DNA of 64,000 nt, taken from IMG/VR virus record IMGVR_UViG_3300031452_000005; one strand, 5' to 3'. A program made the position numbers and the translations under genes. This DNA comes from a virus. Position 1 is the stretch's first letter, and every line of letters starts with the position of its first letter. Below are positions 17,912-28,424 of this stretch, one piece after another. The notes beneath the pieces are model-generated. The model was given only the letters and a program-made list of their open reading frames with translations. It had not been told where the DNA came from and did no database searches.

Positions 17912-20029
17912 ATGGGTACATGGCGTCTCGATGCGTCCTACGACATAACTCTTTCTAGGAAGAATCCCAAGGCCGGGACGCGCGGCCAGCCGGACATCCT
18001 CTCGTGGCAATTGCGTACCCTGTCCGAGTTCCAGGGCCTGCTGGCGACCACGAACACATCGAGCCAGGCCACCATCACGCTCAACGACCCCACTGGCGCG
18101 CTGATGGACACCGTGAACCCGCAACCCATGGATGTCGTGACAGTGCGCCTGCGCAATCGGCGCGGCGTGACGGCGGGCGCGTGGGCGGGCTACCTCGATG
18201 AGTGCCGCGAGATACACGACCCATCGGCGGGGCGCACGGTGTCCCTGAAGTGCCGCGGCCCCTACAAAAAGTGGGAGGTCGGTCGTCAGAGCGCGGGCGA
18301 TGTGCTCGCCCTCGCCATGGCCGGGATGCGTAACGTGGCCGGCGCCGAAGTGGTCCGCTACAGCGCGCGGGCCGTGGGCTACAATCCGGCCAACATTACC
18401 TTTGACCCCGTAGCCGACAGCGGCACGGGCCTGTATCCATCCATCGCGCAATCCACGATGGTCAACCCTGACCAGCAGACGTGGAGCGCGCCCGTCCAGC
18501 AGATGCTCGCCTCGTCGGGCCTGGAGTTCTTCTTCGATGAGGATGGTTACGGCCATTATCGGCGCGTCGGCTTCCTTGGATCGGGCCAGAAATACATTCC
18601 CCAAATCGCACTCGAAGATGTGCTGCACGCCGACCTGGGCAACGGCGACACGGGCCTCGTCACGTCGGTTGAAGTTCGATGGGGGCCGCTCCCTGTGACG
18701 GGCAAGACGGCGGCGCATGCCTATGCGCCGCAGAGCATGGCTGACCAGTTAGGGTCGCGCCCACTCGTCATCCAGGCGCCGTGGATACTTGGTGGCCCAA
18801 GCGCCACCAACAATCAAGTTCCAGCCGGCGCACAATTCCTGGCCGAGACACTTTTAGACCAATACGCGAGCGGCGCCGCCACGGCCTCCGTCATCGTCAT
18901 AGCTGATCCCGCGCAGTACAGGGTCGGGACGCTGGTCGATATGCCAGGTGTCCGCAAGGGGCAGGGTGTCACGCGCTACTATATTTCTTCGTGCATCTAT
19001 CTTTGCCAATGGGGGGGACAGTGGGTCTGCACATTGGGCTTGGTGTACGGGCGGGCACCGGGCAACAGGTTCCCTTATGTGGACGGCATCAGCTATCCCG
19101 TCTTAAAGGTAGACCCGACCTATGGACCGCAAAGCAACATCCCGTTCCTAGCCTTCGACCCCACGAATACCAAGAAGGTCACGACACCGCTGACGGTGCA
19201 GGCCCAACCGACCCTATCTGTCAACCAGGCGACATCGTCCTCGCTGCCCGTGGGCGCCGTCATCGAATTGCGGCAGACGGTGAGCGGCGGCGGGCAGTGG
19301 GTCGGGCCGTCGCACCAATATACGATTGTGGCCGCGCCGCAGGGGCAAGACCCCGGTGTGATCGGCCTGCGATCAGGCAGTGGCGTGGCCTACGCCACGA
19401 TCATCACCCTCGGGTCGGGCGACACTGGGAGCGGGACGGGCACGGGCGACGGGTCGACGACTACCAACTCCCTGACACAAGGGCCGCCGACACGGCCGCA
19501 GGGCACCGCCTCCAACGGGCAATCCGTGAGCACGTCACTGACACTCGACAATCCGCCGACGACACTGGCGCAACGGGCGCTGACGGCAGCGCTTACGCGC
19601 AATGGTAGCCCATACAAATCATTCCACGCGGGTCCCACGAGTTACGATTGTTCTGGTTTGGTGGCGTGGGCGTTCAACACCGTCGGATTCCCCCTCGTCA
19701 CGCCGAACAATTGGTCAAACGATGGTGAAAATGGGGACGAGGGGGCGAACGGCGGACCAGATGGGGAGTTCTATTATTTCCTCAACCACGGCGCCGTTGA
19801 GCGCCCAAGCGTTGATGACGCGCAGCCTGCGGACTTAATCTTTTGTTGGAGTAGGAGTGATCCTAACCAGAGGGGCTTTAGCCACATCGCTTTCCTGCTA
19901 CGACCCGGTGTGAGTTTTGGCGGCAACAGCCCGACGCTCGGCGTTGGCCCTATCGCCATCGCGGGGTTCCATAGCGACGCGGGATCGCCGTTCAATCGCG
20001 CCCTCGATATGAGTCGCATCCATCTCTGA
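17912..20029 (+). CDS. baseplate hub protein with C-terminal NlpC/P60 peptidase
   Basis: Hub-like N-terminus (ATITLND...GYLDE...EFFFDEDG); PY...GP..YDCSGLV...PADLIF...HIA catalytic Cys/His. Confidence 0.8.
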   Translation: MGTWRLDASYDITLSRKNPKAGTRGQPDILSWQLRTLSEFQGLLATTNTSSQATITLNDPTGALMDTVNPQPMDVVTVRLRNRRGVTAGAWAGYLDECREIHDPSAGRTVSLKCRGPYKKWEVGRQSAGDVLALAMAGMRNVAGAEVVRYSARAVGYNPANITFDPVADSGTGLYPSIAQSTMVNPDQQTWSAPVQQMLASSGLEFFFDEDGYGHYRRVGFLGSGQKYIPQIALEDVLHADLGNGDTGLVTSVEVRWGPLPVTGKTAAHAYAPQSMADQLGSRPLVIQAPWILGGPSATNNQVPAGAQFLAETLLDQYASGAATASVIVIADPAQYRVGTLVDMPGVRKGQGVTRYYISSCIYLCQWGGQWVCTLGLVYGRAPGNRFPYVDGISYPVLKVDPTYGPQSNIPFLAFDPTNTKKVTTPLTVQAQPTLSVNQATSSSLPVGAVIELRQTVSGGGQWVGPSHQYTIVAAPQGQDPGVIGLRSGSGVAYATIITLGSGDTGSGTGTGDGSTTTNSLTQGPPTRPQGTASNGQSVSTSLTLDNPPTTLAQRALTAALTRNGSPYKSFHAGPTSYDCSGLVAWAFNTVGFPLVTPNNWSNDGENGDEGANGGPDGEFYYFLNHGAVERPSVDDAQPADLIFCWSRSDPNQRGFSHIAFLLRPGVSFGGNSPTLGVGPIAIAGFHSDAGSPFNRALDMSRIHL

Positions 20030-20038
20030 TGCGGGAGA

Positions 20039-20497
20039 GTGGCGTCCATGTCCATCTACGACGCCACGCCCGCCCGCGTCGGCACGGTGGCGGGCTTCGA
20101 CCAACAGACAGGCGCGCTCCTCGTGGCCTTCCACGACTGGCCCGGCCCGCCGCAACCCGTGATGCAACCCACGCCGGCCGCCTCAGGCGCACAGACGGGC
20201 GATGTGGTCCTGGTCCACTACGGCACGGCGGGCTACCCGCTCGGCGTGACGCGCATCGGCGGCACACCCGTTAGCGGGTGTGCCGCCGGCAGCGTCAACA
20301 GCGGGACGGCGACCGTGACCGCCGCCACGTCCGTCGTCGTGGCCCACGGGCTGACGGCGACGCCCACACAGGTCCAGGTGACGCCGCAAGGTAATCCTGG
20401 CGGCGCGTGGTGGGTCTCTGCCCCCACGGCCACATCATTCATGATCAACATCGCCGTAAGCGGCACGGTCGGCTTCTACTGGTCGGCGCATATTTGA
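20039..20497 (+). CDS. baseplate spike (gpV-like)
   Basis: ARVGTVAGFD...GDVVLV OB-fold pattern; position after hub. Confidence 0.6.
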   Translation: MASMSIYDATPARVGTVAGFDQQTGALLVAFHDWPGPPQPVMQPTPAASGAQTGDVVLVHYGTAGYPLGVTRIGGTPVSGCAAGSVNSGTATVTAATSVVVAHGLTATPTQVQVTPQGNPGGAWWVSAPTATSFMINIAVSGTVGFYWSAHI

Positions 20498-20550
20498 TGC
20501 AGCGGTCGGCCCCCGCGACAATGAGATGCCGGACAGGGGAGAGATAGGCG

Positions 20551-21024
20551 ATGCCGACGAACACGCCGGGGCAGACGCCGGTAGACTTCAAGGTTGTGCG
20601 CCGCGAGAATCCTCTGACGCGCGCGCTGACCATCGACTTCGAGATCGCTCCAAACGGCGACCTGGCCGTGGTCACGGGGATCGACCTGCTGGTGCAGACG
20701 GTGACGCGCTGGGTCACGTTGCGCGTCGGCGCGTATCCCTTCCGTCCGACCTACGGCAACCCCATCCTGGACCTGCCGGGGCAGGCCGCGCCCGCCGACC
20801 CGTCCGGCGAGATCGTGGCGCTGTTGCAGGTGGCCGAGGCGACCTTCCTCCAGGCGCAGGCCCAGGCCGCGTCGCGGGGGCAGTTGTCGCCCACCGAAAC
20901 GGCCACGGCGTTCGGTGCGGCGCAGGTGGCGCGGGGACCGAACCCGGGCCAGTATCAACTCACCTTCACCGTCACGAATGCGATCAACCAGACAGGCGCC
21001 GCTACCGTGCCCCTTGCTAGTTGA
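20551..21024 (+). CDS. baseplate wedge subunit (gp25/DUF2634-like)
   Basis: GDLAVVTG.DLLVQ....TLRVGAYPFRPTYG motif. Confidence 0.75.
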   Translation: MPTNTPGQTPVDFKVVRRENPLTRALTIDFEIAPNGDLAVVTGIDLLVQTVTRWVTLRVGAYPFRPTYGNPILDLPGQAAPADPSGEIVALLQVAEATFLQAQAQAASRGQLSPTETATAFGAAQVARGPNPGQYQLTFTVTNAINQTGAATVPLAS

Positions 21025-21092
21025 GGGGTTGCTCCGCTTGACACAGTGGTGGGGCTTTAGCCGCCCTGGGGATACATAGGGGGCTGACGTAC

Positions 21093-22286
21093 ATGAGTTC
21101 GCCGCAATCCCCGCAAGACAGCGTGAGTCTCTGGCAATCTCGCGTGGCTGCAAACGCGCCGTCCCTGTCCCTCTCAGATATGATGTACAGTGTGGCGTTC
21201 GCCCAGTCCATCCTCTCCGACAACCAGGACATACGCGTGCTGCTGACGCAGAGCGCGCCCAACATCAGCGTGCTCTCGGCGGTCGGTTTCCCGCTCGACG
21301 CACTGGCGGCCAACGTCGGATTGAAGCGCACCCCGGCGACGCCGACCGTGCTGACGCTGCAACTCTCCCGTGCCAATCCGAACGATACGTCACAGACAGT
21401 GACCGTACAGGCCGAGTCGGTGTGGTCCGTGACATCGGACGGCGTGACCACGGCCGCCGTCGCCTTCGCCATCAATCAGGCCGTGTCTATTGGCTCGGGT
21501 AGCACGGCACCCGTCACCGTCACGGCCACGGCCACCACGGCGGGGAGCGTCGGCAACGTCGCGCCCGGCAACGTCGTCGTGCCGGTGGTGGCGACAGGGA
21601 CGCCCGTGGCCGTCGTCGCCACCAACCCGCCGCAGGGGGCCGGCGGCACGCAAGGTTACACCACGGCGGGGACGGACGGCGAGTATCCCTCACCGGGCGC
21701 GGGCGACGACAAATTGCGCGCGCGTATCCAGGCCGCGACACAGCCGATCTACAGCGCCGCCGCCGTCACCAGCGCCATCCTCTCCATCCCGAATGTGACA
21801 GACGCGCTCGTCATTGACCCGCAGAACGGCAATGGCACGATAGAATATCTATGGGCACAGGCGGACGGCACGACGCCCGGCCTCGTTGGCTCCACGATCA
21901 CGGCGGGGACGCTCGCGGCCACGGTGGACGCCGCCGTGCGCGAGGAACTACCGCCCAACGTCGTGCCCACGGCGTTGGCCTTTGCCGTCACGACGCTCAC
22001 CAACATCACCGTGACGTTCAGCGCCCCCGCCACGGTGGCGACGGCCACGATCACGCCTCAGATACAGACAGCTATCGTCGCCTACGTCAATGGCCTGCCC
22101 CACGGGCAGGTCCCCACGCCCTTCGGCATCATCGGCGCGGTCAATGCCGCCACCGGATACGTCCTGACGGCAGGCGGCAACCTCACCGTCACAAGCACCA
22201 CGCCAGCCATCGGCGCCGCATCGCCCACGGTCGAGTACCGCATCGCGGGCACGCCCGCGTCGGTCGTCACCGTCAACCGATTGTAG
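21093..22286 (+). CDS. baseplate J-like protein
   Basis: LDALAANVGLKR.PAT...ATTAGSVGNV...AGTDGE...DDKLRAR pattern. Confidence 0.85.
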   Translation: MSSPQSPQDSVSLWQSRVAANAPSLSLSDMMYSVAFAQSILSDNQDIRVLLTQSAPNISVLSAVGFPLDALAANVGLKRTPATPTVLTLQLSRANPNDTSQTVTVQAESVWSVTSDGVTTAAVAFAINQAVSIGSGSTAPVTVTATATTAGSVGNVAPGNVVVPVVATGTPVAVVATNPPQGAGGTQGYTTAGTDGEYPSPGAGDDKLRARIQAATQPIYSAAAVTSAILSIPNVTDALVIDPQNGNGTIEYLWAQADGTTPGLVGSTITAGTLAATVDAAVREELPPNVVPTALAFAVTTLTNITVTFSAPATVATATITPQIQTAIVAYVNGLPHGQVPTPFGIIGAVNAATGYVLTAGGNLTVTSTTPAIGAASPTVEYRIAGTPASVVTVNRL

Positions 22287-22394
22287 CGCCGTCATCGCCA
22301 TCGGTGCGTCCTCGCCCTCCCGATCACCCACGTTTTTCGGGGCGTGCATCGCGCATCCGCGCGCGCGCGCCATGCCCAATGGGAGAGGATGCGC

Positions 22395-24401
22395 ATGACG
22401 TTCTATGCGGGCGGCGCGACGCCGGACGCCGCCACCGGGGAGTTCCCCGACAGTGCGGGCCTTCGCGTCAGGGGCGCGGCGGTCACGACGACCGCCGCGC
22501 CGCCCACGACCTCTGTGCAGGGGGGCGTCACATCCTCCGGCGGCAGCATGCCGCCGGGTCTTGCGCCAGGGATGGCCCCCTCCGTCGCCCGCGCCTCCAT
22601 GCGCCTCCGGCGCTACCAATACACCGACGACTGGAACGCGGGCATCCTGACGGGCGCCACGCTCGACACGGTGGTCTATGCCGGCGCGTACGGCCACGCG
22701 GCGGTCGTCCCGCAGGCGGTGTCGACGTTCGCAACCATCACGGGGGCGCAGGCGGTCAGGACGTCCCAGTCGCCGGCCACCGGCGTGCCCGTCATGGTCG
22801 CCGTCAACACGCTCGGTCTGCCCGTGCCCGCCTTCCAGACGGAGGGGGGCGTCGCCTACTCGTACCAGGCCGGCGACGGCATCCAGTTTACCACGACGGC
22901 GACCGGCGCGGTCCAGATACAACTCGCGGGCTTCCTCCGCGCGGGCGTCGTCGCGGCGGGGCCGCCGACGGTGGACGCGGGCGCCATCCGCAACGGCTGT
23001 ATCGCCAACCTCATCGTCGACGGCGTGGTGCGGCAGACGCTGGACACGGCCAACGGCGCGCCGCTCGCCCAGGTCTACTTGACCGGGCCATCGCATAGTG
23101 TCCAGGTGGTCCACAGCGGGTCGTACGGCAACGCCGTCCGCCCTATCGGACCCGTGACCCAGACGGCGGGCGGCTCCAGCGGAGGTGGCGCGTCCGTCGC
23201 CGCGCAGGCGCTGCCGACGCCCCTCGCGCATCCGACCTTCGTGGCGGCGCTGTGGCGGGTCGCGCAGGTGACGGATGGCGCGCACTACGCGCTCTACCGG
23301 ACCCTGCCGGGCGGGTCCGAATCACAAATCGCGACGGGTCTGCAAACGGGCATGCACTACGTGCAATACGTGCCAGGCGTCGACCTGTTGGTCGGCAATG
23401 GGACGCTGCTGGCGACGGGCGACGGGGCCACGTTCACCACGGATGTCGTGACGTTCGCGGTCGAGTCTGTCGCGGTCGGCGTCTCCTCGGGCGCCGCGAC
23501 CGGCGGCAGCACGTACACGACGCCGACGATGGACAACGGGGACCCGCGCACCCAATGGTTCCTGGCGGAGTGGGACCAGGACCCCGGGATGCCGCCGCTG
23601 TCGGCGCGCATCCTGACGGGCGACACGCCGACGCCCGACCAGTCGTGGTCATCGGCCGCCATCCCCCTCGCGGGCGCGACCGTCCTCCCATCGGGGCGCG
23701 GCGTCGGCACGGCTGGATTGCTGGCCTCGGGCGTCGCCAGGGGCCGCTACGGTGTGCTCGTGTTCTCATTCCCGGCGGTCTCGACCGTCCCGGCGTGGAT
23801 GCGCGATCTGTGCGTCTACGCCTGGATACCGGAGCGCGACCCGGCGATTATGCGCAAGGTGGGTTGGCCCGACGACGTAGAAGAGATTGGCCCGACGATG
23901 GCGGCGTACATGGGCACGCTGGCCGTGGTCGGCGCCGAGTTGCGTCAGGACGTGTACGACTTCGTGGGCAGCTACGGCATCCAGGGCGCGGTAGACCAAT
24001 ACCTGGCCGCGCACGGGGCCGATCGTGACATCGCACGCTACGCGGGCGAACCACCGCAATCGTACCGCACGCGCCTGCTGGCGGCCTCGTCGGCGCGCAC
24101 GACTCAGGCATCCGTCCCTGGCCTGTGCTCTCAGATTGCCCAGCTGGTGGTGGGAACGACGGACGGCCTCTCCACCTCCGTGGTTGGGGGGTACACCGTG
24201 TCGTCCTGCCAGGGCGTCGTGGTAGCGCAAGCGGCGGGGCAGCAGGTCCGCATCACCATCCCCGCGCCGCCCTACGCGGGCCTGCCGGGGTTGTCCGCGG
24301 CCCAGGCCCCGCAGGTGATAACCGCGCACATTCAGACGATCGCCCCGTTGGCGACGGTCGTGTTCCCTAATCGCACCGGCTCAAACATTACATTTTCCTG
24401 A
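22395..24401 (+). CDS. baseplate wedge protein: long beta-rich N-terminus plus gpI-like C-terminal domain
   Basis: C-terminal GAVDQYLAAHGADRDIARYAGEPPQSYRTRL motif; follows J-like gene. Confidence 0.55.
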   Translation: MTFYAGGATPDAATGEFPDSAGLRVRGAAVTTTAAPPTTSVQGGVTSSGGSMPPGLAPGMAPSVARASMRLRRYQYTDDWNAGILTGATLDTVVYAGAYGHAAVVPQAVSTFATITGAQAVRTSQSPATGVPVMVAVNTLGLPVPAFQTEGGVAYSYQAGDGIQFTTTATGAVQIQLAGFLRAGVVAAGPPTVDAGAIRNGCIANLIVDGVVRQTLDTANGAPLAQVYLTGPSHSVQVVHSGSYGNAVRPIGPVTQTAGGSSGGGASVAAQALPTPLAHPTFVAALWRVAQVTDGAHYALYRTLPGGSESQIATGLQTGMHYVQYVPGVDLLVGNGTLLATGDGATFTTDVVTFAVESVAVGVSSGAATGGSTYTTPTMDNGDPRTQWFLAEWDQDPGMPPLSARILTGDTPTPDQSWSSAAIPLAGATVLPSGRGVGTAGLLASGVARGRYGVLVFSFPAVSTVPAWMRDLCVYAWIPERDPAIMRKVGWPDDVEEIGPTMAAYMGTLAVVGAELRQDVYDFVGSYGIQGAVDQYLAAHGADRDIARYAGEPPQSYRTRLLAASSARTTQASVPGLCSQIAQLVVGTTDGLSTSVVGGYTVSSCQGVVVAQAAGQQVRITIPAPPYAGLPGLSAAQAPQVITAHIQTIAPLATVVFPNRTGSNITFS

Positions 24402-24436
24402 TAGCCGTTCGTCGTTCGTCGATAGGAGGCGCGCCG

Positions 24437-25822
24437 ATGCCCGAGTTCGTGGACGCCAGCCCGACCCAGGTCGGCACTGCCCTGAGCAGCCCGACGCTGG
24501 ACGCCCTGGTGGTGGCGCAGACCTACCTCGTCACCGGCGCGGCCCCCGCCCCTGCCGCGACGCTGGCGCAGCCGTTCCCGTCTGTCGGCGTCGTGTTCAA
24601 CAACGGGGCGACGGCGACCTACACCTCCATTGCCGCCGCAACCCTCTCGCTGACGGCCTCGGCCGACAATTATATAGATGCGACACAGGGTGGAGCCTAC
24701 GCATCTCCGCTGGCGGTGGGGCACGGCGCCGCGCCGCCAGCGGTCGCGGCGGGCAACCTCCGCGTTTTCAAGGCCGTCACGGCGGCGGGCGGCGTGTCGA
24801 GCGCGACCCTGATCGCGCCGACGCAGCCGCTCAATGCGACGCAAGTCCAGAACGCCGTCCAACTCAACCCAGCGGCGGCGCAACCCGGCTCTATCGCCAT
24901 CACGGGCACGGTGGCGGCGGGGAGCGACGTGACGACGGGCGGCGGCGCCAGCCTCGGCGCGGCGTACAACACGGCCAATGCCGCGCAGGCGAGCGCCAAC
25001 AGCGCGAACAATGCCGCCGCCACTGCCCAAGCGTCGGCCACGACCGCGCAGACCAACGCGACCAACGCGACCAACGCCGCAGGGACCGCGCAGACGTCGG
25101 CCAACGCGGCGCAGACAGCGGCCAACGTGGCGCAGACAGCGGCCAACAATGCGCAAAGCACGGCGAACAGCGCGCAAGCGGAGGCCAACACGTCCGTCCA
25201 ACTCAACCCATCGGCGCCACAATCCGGCGCTATCAGCATCGTGAATGCGATGAGTGCCGCGCAATTCCTGGTGCCGGGCAAGGGCATGATCCGGCAGGCG
25301 ACGTGGGCGCTGTGCAACGCTAACGCCACCGCGCCAGAGACCAACGCCAACGATTATCAAGTCGCGGACTGGTCTCCCCTGTTCGTGCCCATCAATATGC
25401 AGTTGGGTCAGGGGTTAGCCTGGGGCGTCGCGGCCAACAACCCGCACTCCCCGACGAACCCGTATATCAATTTCTCGACCACCGGTGGCGCACTCATCAT
25501 TCACGTCTCCGCGTCGTTCTACTGCCAAAACAACGTAGACGACTGGATGCAGATGGGTGTATCCATCGACGGCGGGATCGTGACGCAACTCGATTATGCC
25601 GGCATCGTCCCCAATGGAACGACAAACAAACTCCCCATCAAGGCGAACGGGTATGGGTCATTGATCGGAACAACCGTCCTCAACCCCAATCCCGGCAACC
25701 ACACGCTGCTGCTTGTCGTCAACTGCGGTGGCGGGCAAGGGGCCAACGCCATCATCCAAGTGCTCCCCGCCGTATCCGGTGGACAATCGTACTACAATCT
25801 GCTGCTGGCCGAGATGGGCTAA
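24437..25822 (+). CDS. tail fibre / receptor-binding protein
   Basis: AQTAAN-type heptad segment flanked by two VQLNP..Q.G.I.I repeats; beta-rich C-terminal domain. Confidence 0.7.
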   Translation: MPEFVDASPTQVGTALSSPTLDALVVAQTYLVTGAAPAPAATLAQPFPSVGVVFNNGATATYTSIAAATLSLTASADNYIDATQGGAYASPLAVGHGAAPPAVAAGNLRVFKAVTAAGGVSSATLIAPTQPLNATQVQNAVQLNPAAAQPGSIAITGTVAAGSDVTTGGGASLGAAYNTANAAQASANSANNAAATAQASATTAQTNATNATNAAGTAQTSANAAQTAANVAQTAANNAQSTANSAQAEANTSVQLNPSAPQSGAISIVNAMSAAQFLVPGKGMIRQATWALCNANATAPETNANDYQVADWSPLFVPINMQLGQGLAWGVAANNPHSPTNPYINFSTTGGALIIHVSASFYCQNNVDDWMQMGVSIDGGIVTQLDYAGIVPNGTTNKLPIKANGYGSLIGTTVLNPNPGNHTLLLVVNCGGGQGANAIIQVLPAVSGGQSYYNLLLAEMG

Positions 25823-25834
25823 GAGGAGGACGCC

Positions 25835-26353
25835 ATGTCCGACACGCCGACGACCACGCCGACGCCAGCGGCGTCCGCGACACCTATGGCCCCCAATCTG
25901 ACACCGACGCCAGCCACCGCGCCCCTGGACCCCTCACTGTCCCCCACACCCGTATCGGTCGCCCCCGTCGCCGTCCCTCCTGTCCCCGTCGCCGTCCCTC
26001 CTATCCCCGCCGTCCCGCCGCCGCCCATGGTCGGCGCCCAGGACGTGCGCGTGTCCATCGACCCCGTGACGGGCGTCGGCACGCTTACGGGAACCCAGTT
26101 GTGGCTTGACGGCGAACAGCGGTCGGAGCCGCAGAACACGCTACGCCCCGACCAGATCGCCTACGGCACCGCCGAGATACCGGCCGTCCTCGAAAAGTTG
26201 ATGGCAGACATCGGGGCCAACGGCGGCACGGCCACCCCCGCCCACTTGGCGCTTGTCGTCGAGTTCGTGGACGCGCTCCGGGCCACGCCCGCGCCGCCCC
26301 AGGCGCCCGCCCAACCGACGACCTACGACGCGCCTAACCTCTTGTCGCCCTGA
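25835..26353 (+). CDS. Pro/Thr-rich hypothetical protein (possible fibre chaperone)
   Basis: AGAGGAGG RBS; directly after the fibre gene. Confidence 0.5.
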   Translation: MSDTPTTTPTPAASATPMAPNLTPTPATAPLDPSLSPTPVSVAPVAVPPVPVAVPPIPAVPPPPMVGAQDVRVSIDPVTGVGTLTGTQLWLDGEQRSEPQNTLRPDQIAYGTAEIPAVLEKLMADIGANGGTATPAHLALVVEFVDALRATPAPPQAPAQPTTYDAPNLLSP

Positions 26354-26910
26354 CACTCCCACGCCGACAAGTTGTGGGATTCGTGCACCCCTGTTACCCC
26401 GCCTGTCTACCGCCGTCGCGCCCCCTCTGACGCTACCCCTCTCGAAGTCGAACGGATGTGCCGCTTTGCCGCACCATACACGCACAAACCCTATCCCGCG
26501 CACGGACACGCCGCCGCGCGCCCCGACGCCCGAATGGCGCATCGAGCGCGTGCCCGACATGGACCGCCGCATGACGCCGGTAGACCTGTGCCCCTCATGC
26601 GGGGCGCCCGCGCCGCTCTCAGCGTCCCTGCGCGCGTCGTTCGGGCGCGGCTGGTCCACTGTCCCCTCACGCACCTATAACGCCCTCTCCGTGGCTCCTC
26701 AACGCACGATAGACCCCTGCATCCATTGGGTCGGCGTCGCGGCATCGTTAGGTGAGGCGAAGGCGCTGCTGCCTCAGGGGGGCGTGGCACGGGCGCGGCA
26801 CGCCACGGACGCGCAAGAACGCGCGCGGGCGGGCGTCGATAGCCGCTGGCGCTGCTGGCGTCCCGACGATGACAATGGGCATGTTGCCCAGTAGAAGGGA
26901 TAACGCGCTC

Positions 26911-27702
26911 ATGCAAACCACTGACCAACCCAACTCCGAGAGCATACAACCACCCCTGCTGGTGCTGGCGCAGCAACTCGGAGTATTGCAGGCAAAACAG
27001 GACGAGTTCGCGCGGCACATCTACGACGCCCACGCCCACGACAAGCGTTTCGCCGATGTGTTTGAGCGCCTGGATTCGATACGTGATGATTTGACACGCG
27101 TCCTGCGCGAGGAAATCAGCGCCTTCACCGCCAAAGACCAGGCCGGACAAGAAGGGCTGAAAAAGCAACTCGTGGAGATTCGCGCTATCGCCGTCGAGAG
27201 CCAGGAGGAAGCCGAATACCGTAAGGCGCGCGAAGCGCATATGGAGCGGCAAGATGAGCAAACGGCGGTCATGACCACGCACATCACGGAGTTGCGGGGT
27301 CTCTTGCACGCGCAGACGGCGATTGAAGCCACGCGCCAAGAAGCGCTCAAAGAGGCCGAACGCGTGGAAGCCGCGCGTGAGGAGAAGCGGCGCCAGCATA
27401 TCGCTTTGGTCGCCAAGCAGACGGAACAACAAACCAGGGACCTGAGCGCCCAAATCGCCGCCCAGAACAAGCAACTAGGCGATACGTTGGCGCGCTACTT
27501 TGGCCCCCTGGGCGTGGCCGCGTTCTCCTACTTCTTAGTTGGATCAAGTACAGCCGGGCAAACCCGCACGCTTGTGCTGGCCGGTATCGTGGTCGTGGTC
27601 ATTATCTACATCATCGCCATGATTGTCCGTCGGGCGGTGATCGCGCGTCAACTCCGCGCCTTGCAACGCGCGGAACGCCCAGGGGAACGAGAGGCGCCCT
27701 GA
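26911..27702 (+). CDS. coiled-coil protein with two C-terminal transmembrane helices (holin-like candidate)
   Basis: AGAAGGGA RBS; long Glu/Gln/Arg helix then FGPLGVAAFSYFLV and LVLAGIVVVVIIYIIAMIV. Confidence 0.55.
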   Translation: MQTTDQPNSESIQPPLLVLAQQLGVLQAKQDEFARHIYDAHAHDKRFADVFERLDSIRDDLTRVLREEISAFTAKDQAGQEGLKKQLVEIRAIAVESQEEAEYRKAREAHMERQDEQTAVMTTHITELRGLLHAQTAIEATRQEALKEAERVEAAREEKRRQHIALVAKQTEQQTRDLSAQIAAQNKQLGDTLARYFGPLGVAAFSYFLVGSSTAGQTRTLVLAGIVVVVIIYIIAMIVRRAVIARQLRALQRAERPGEREAP

Positions 27703-28424
27703 TGCGCTGGTCCAGATTGTCTACCCTGGTATGGCGCAACCTGCACATCCCCATCGGCGCCATCGCGGTTTACGCCGACGTGATGACGCCCGTTCTGCAT
27801 CTTCATCCATGGGGATTTTTGGTTTTGTACATCATCGTCGCCACGCTCACGGGGGGCGTCGGCGTGGGGTGTCTCGCCACTGGCATTTCGCTGTATACGG
27901 CGACGCTCTTAGGCGCACGGTTCCCCGCCTTGCCGCTGGAAACAGCCACGATCATGGCGGGCGCCACGTTCTTGTTGTGGCACGAGTACACGCGCGGTCA
28001 GGCCACGCAGGTCGCTGTCGTAGAGGCGCGTCAGCACGAACAACGTCTCCTGGCCGCGTGGCCTGCGGCGGTCATTGGCATCAACGCACACGGCATTATC
28101 ACGCGCTGGAACGCGCGCGCGGTCTCCCTGCTTGGCTACAGCGAGCAGGACGCGGTTGGCGCGGAACTGGCCGACTTGCTGATCCCCGTCCGACATCAGA
28201 CCGCACACCGCGTCGGGATCAAGCACGCGCTCAAAACGGGCGAGGGTCCGATTGAGATGCGCTGGCTGTCCCTGCCTGCGCGCTGCAAAGATAACTCTGA
28301 GCGGCGCGTCACTATGATGCTGGTGCGTGCGGGTGATCCCGTGACGGCCACCGCGAACGGTCGGGACGTGGCGTGGGTGGCGTTCATCAGCGATCCTGAT
28401 AGCCCCGTGACCTATATTGAATAG
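27702..28424 (+). CDS. membrane protein with PAS domain and no kinase domain
   Basis: About 4 hydrophobic segments (DUF4118-like) then AVIGINAHGIITRWNARAVSLLGYSEQDAVG...LIP...ARCKD S-box pattern; stops at the end of PAS. Confidence 0.75.
   Translation: MRWSRLSTLVWRNLHIPIGAIAVYADVMTPVLHLHPWGFLVLYIIVATLTGGVGVGCLATGISLYTATLLGARFPALPLETATIMAGATFLLWHEYTRGQATQVAVVEARQHEQRLLAAWPAAVIGINAHGIITRWNARAVSLLGYSEQDAVGAELADLLIPVRHQTAHRVGIKHALKTGEGPIEMRWLSLPARCKDNSERRVTMMLVRAGDPVTATANGRDVAWVAFISDPDSPVTYIE

Noticed and set aside
21948-23285. Long antisense or alternate-frame ORFs (also 5267-5956, 6020-6856, 24332-25360, 33119-33943, 35577-37283)
   Set aside because: Arg/Gly-rich shadows of GC-rich sense genes, without RBS or motifs
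5276-25822. Extracellular contractile injection system or tailocin
   Set aside because: Head-tail adaptor, closure and HK97 gp10-like genes precede the tail, and early-type genes follow, which fits a full phage
4288-26364. 14-bp repeat TGACACTCCCACGC at two stop codons (4288 and 26351)
   Set aside because: A 14-mer match is expected by chance in 64 kb of GC-rich DNA; the TTGACA at 4287 has no matching -10
26354-26910. Gene or ncRNA in the 550-bp gap
   Set aside because: A frame with CPSCG is open to 26894 but has no convincing start or RBS, and no stable RNA fold was evident; left uncalled
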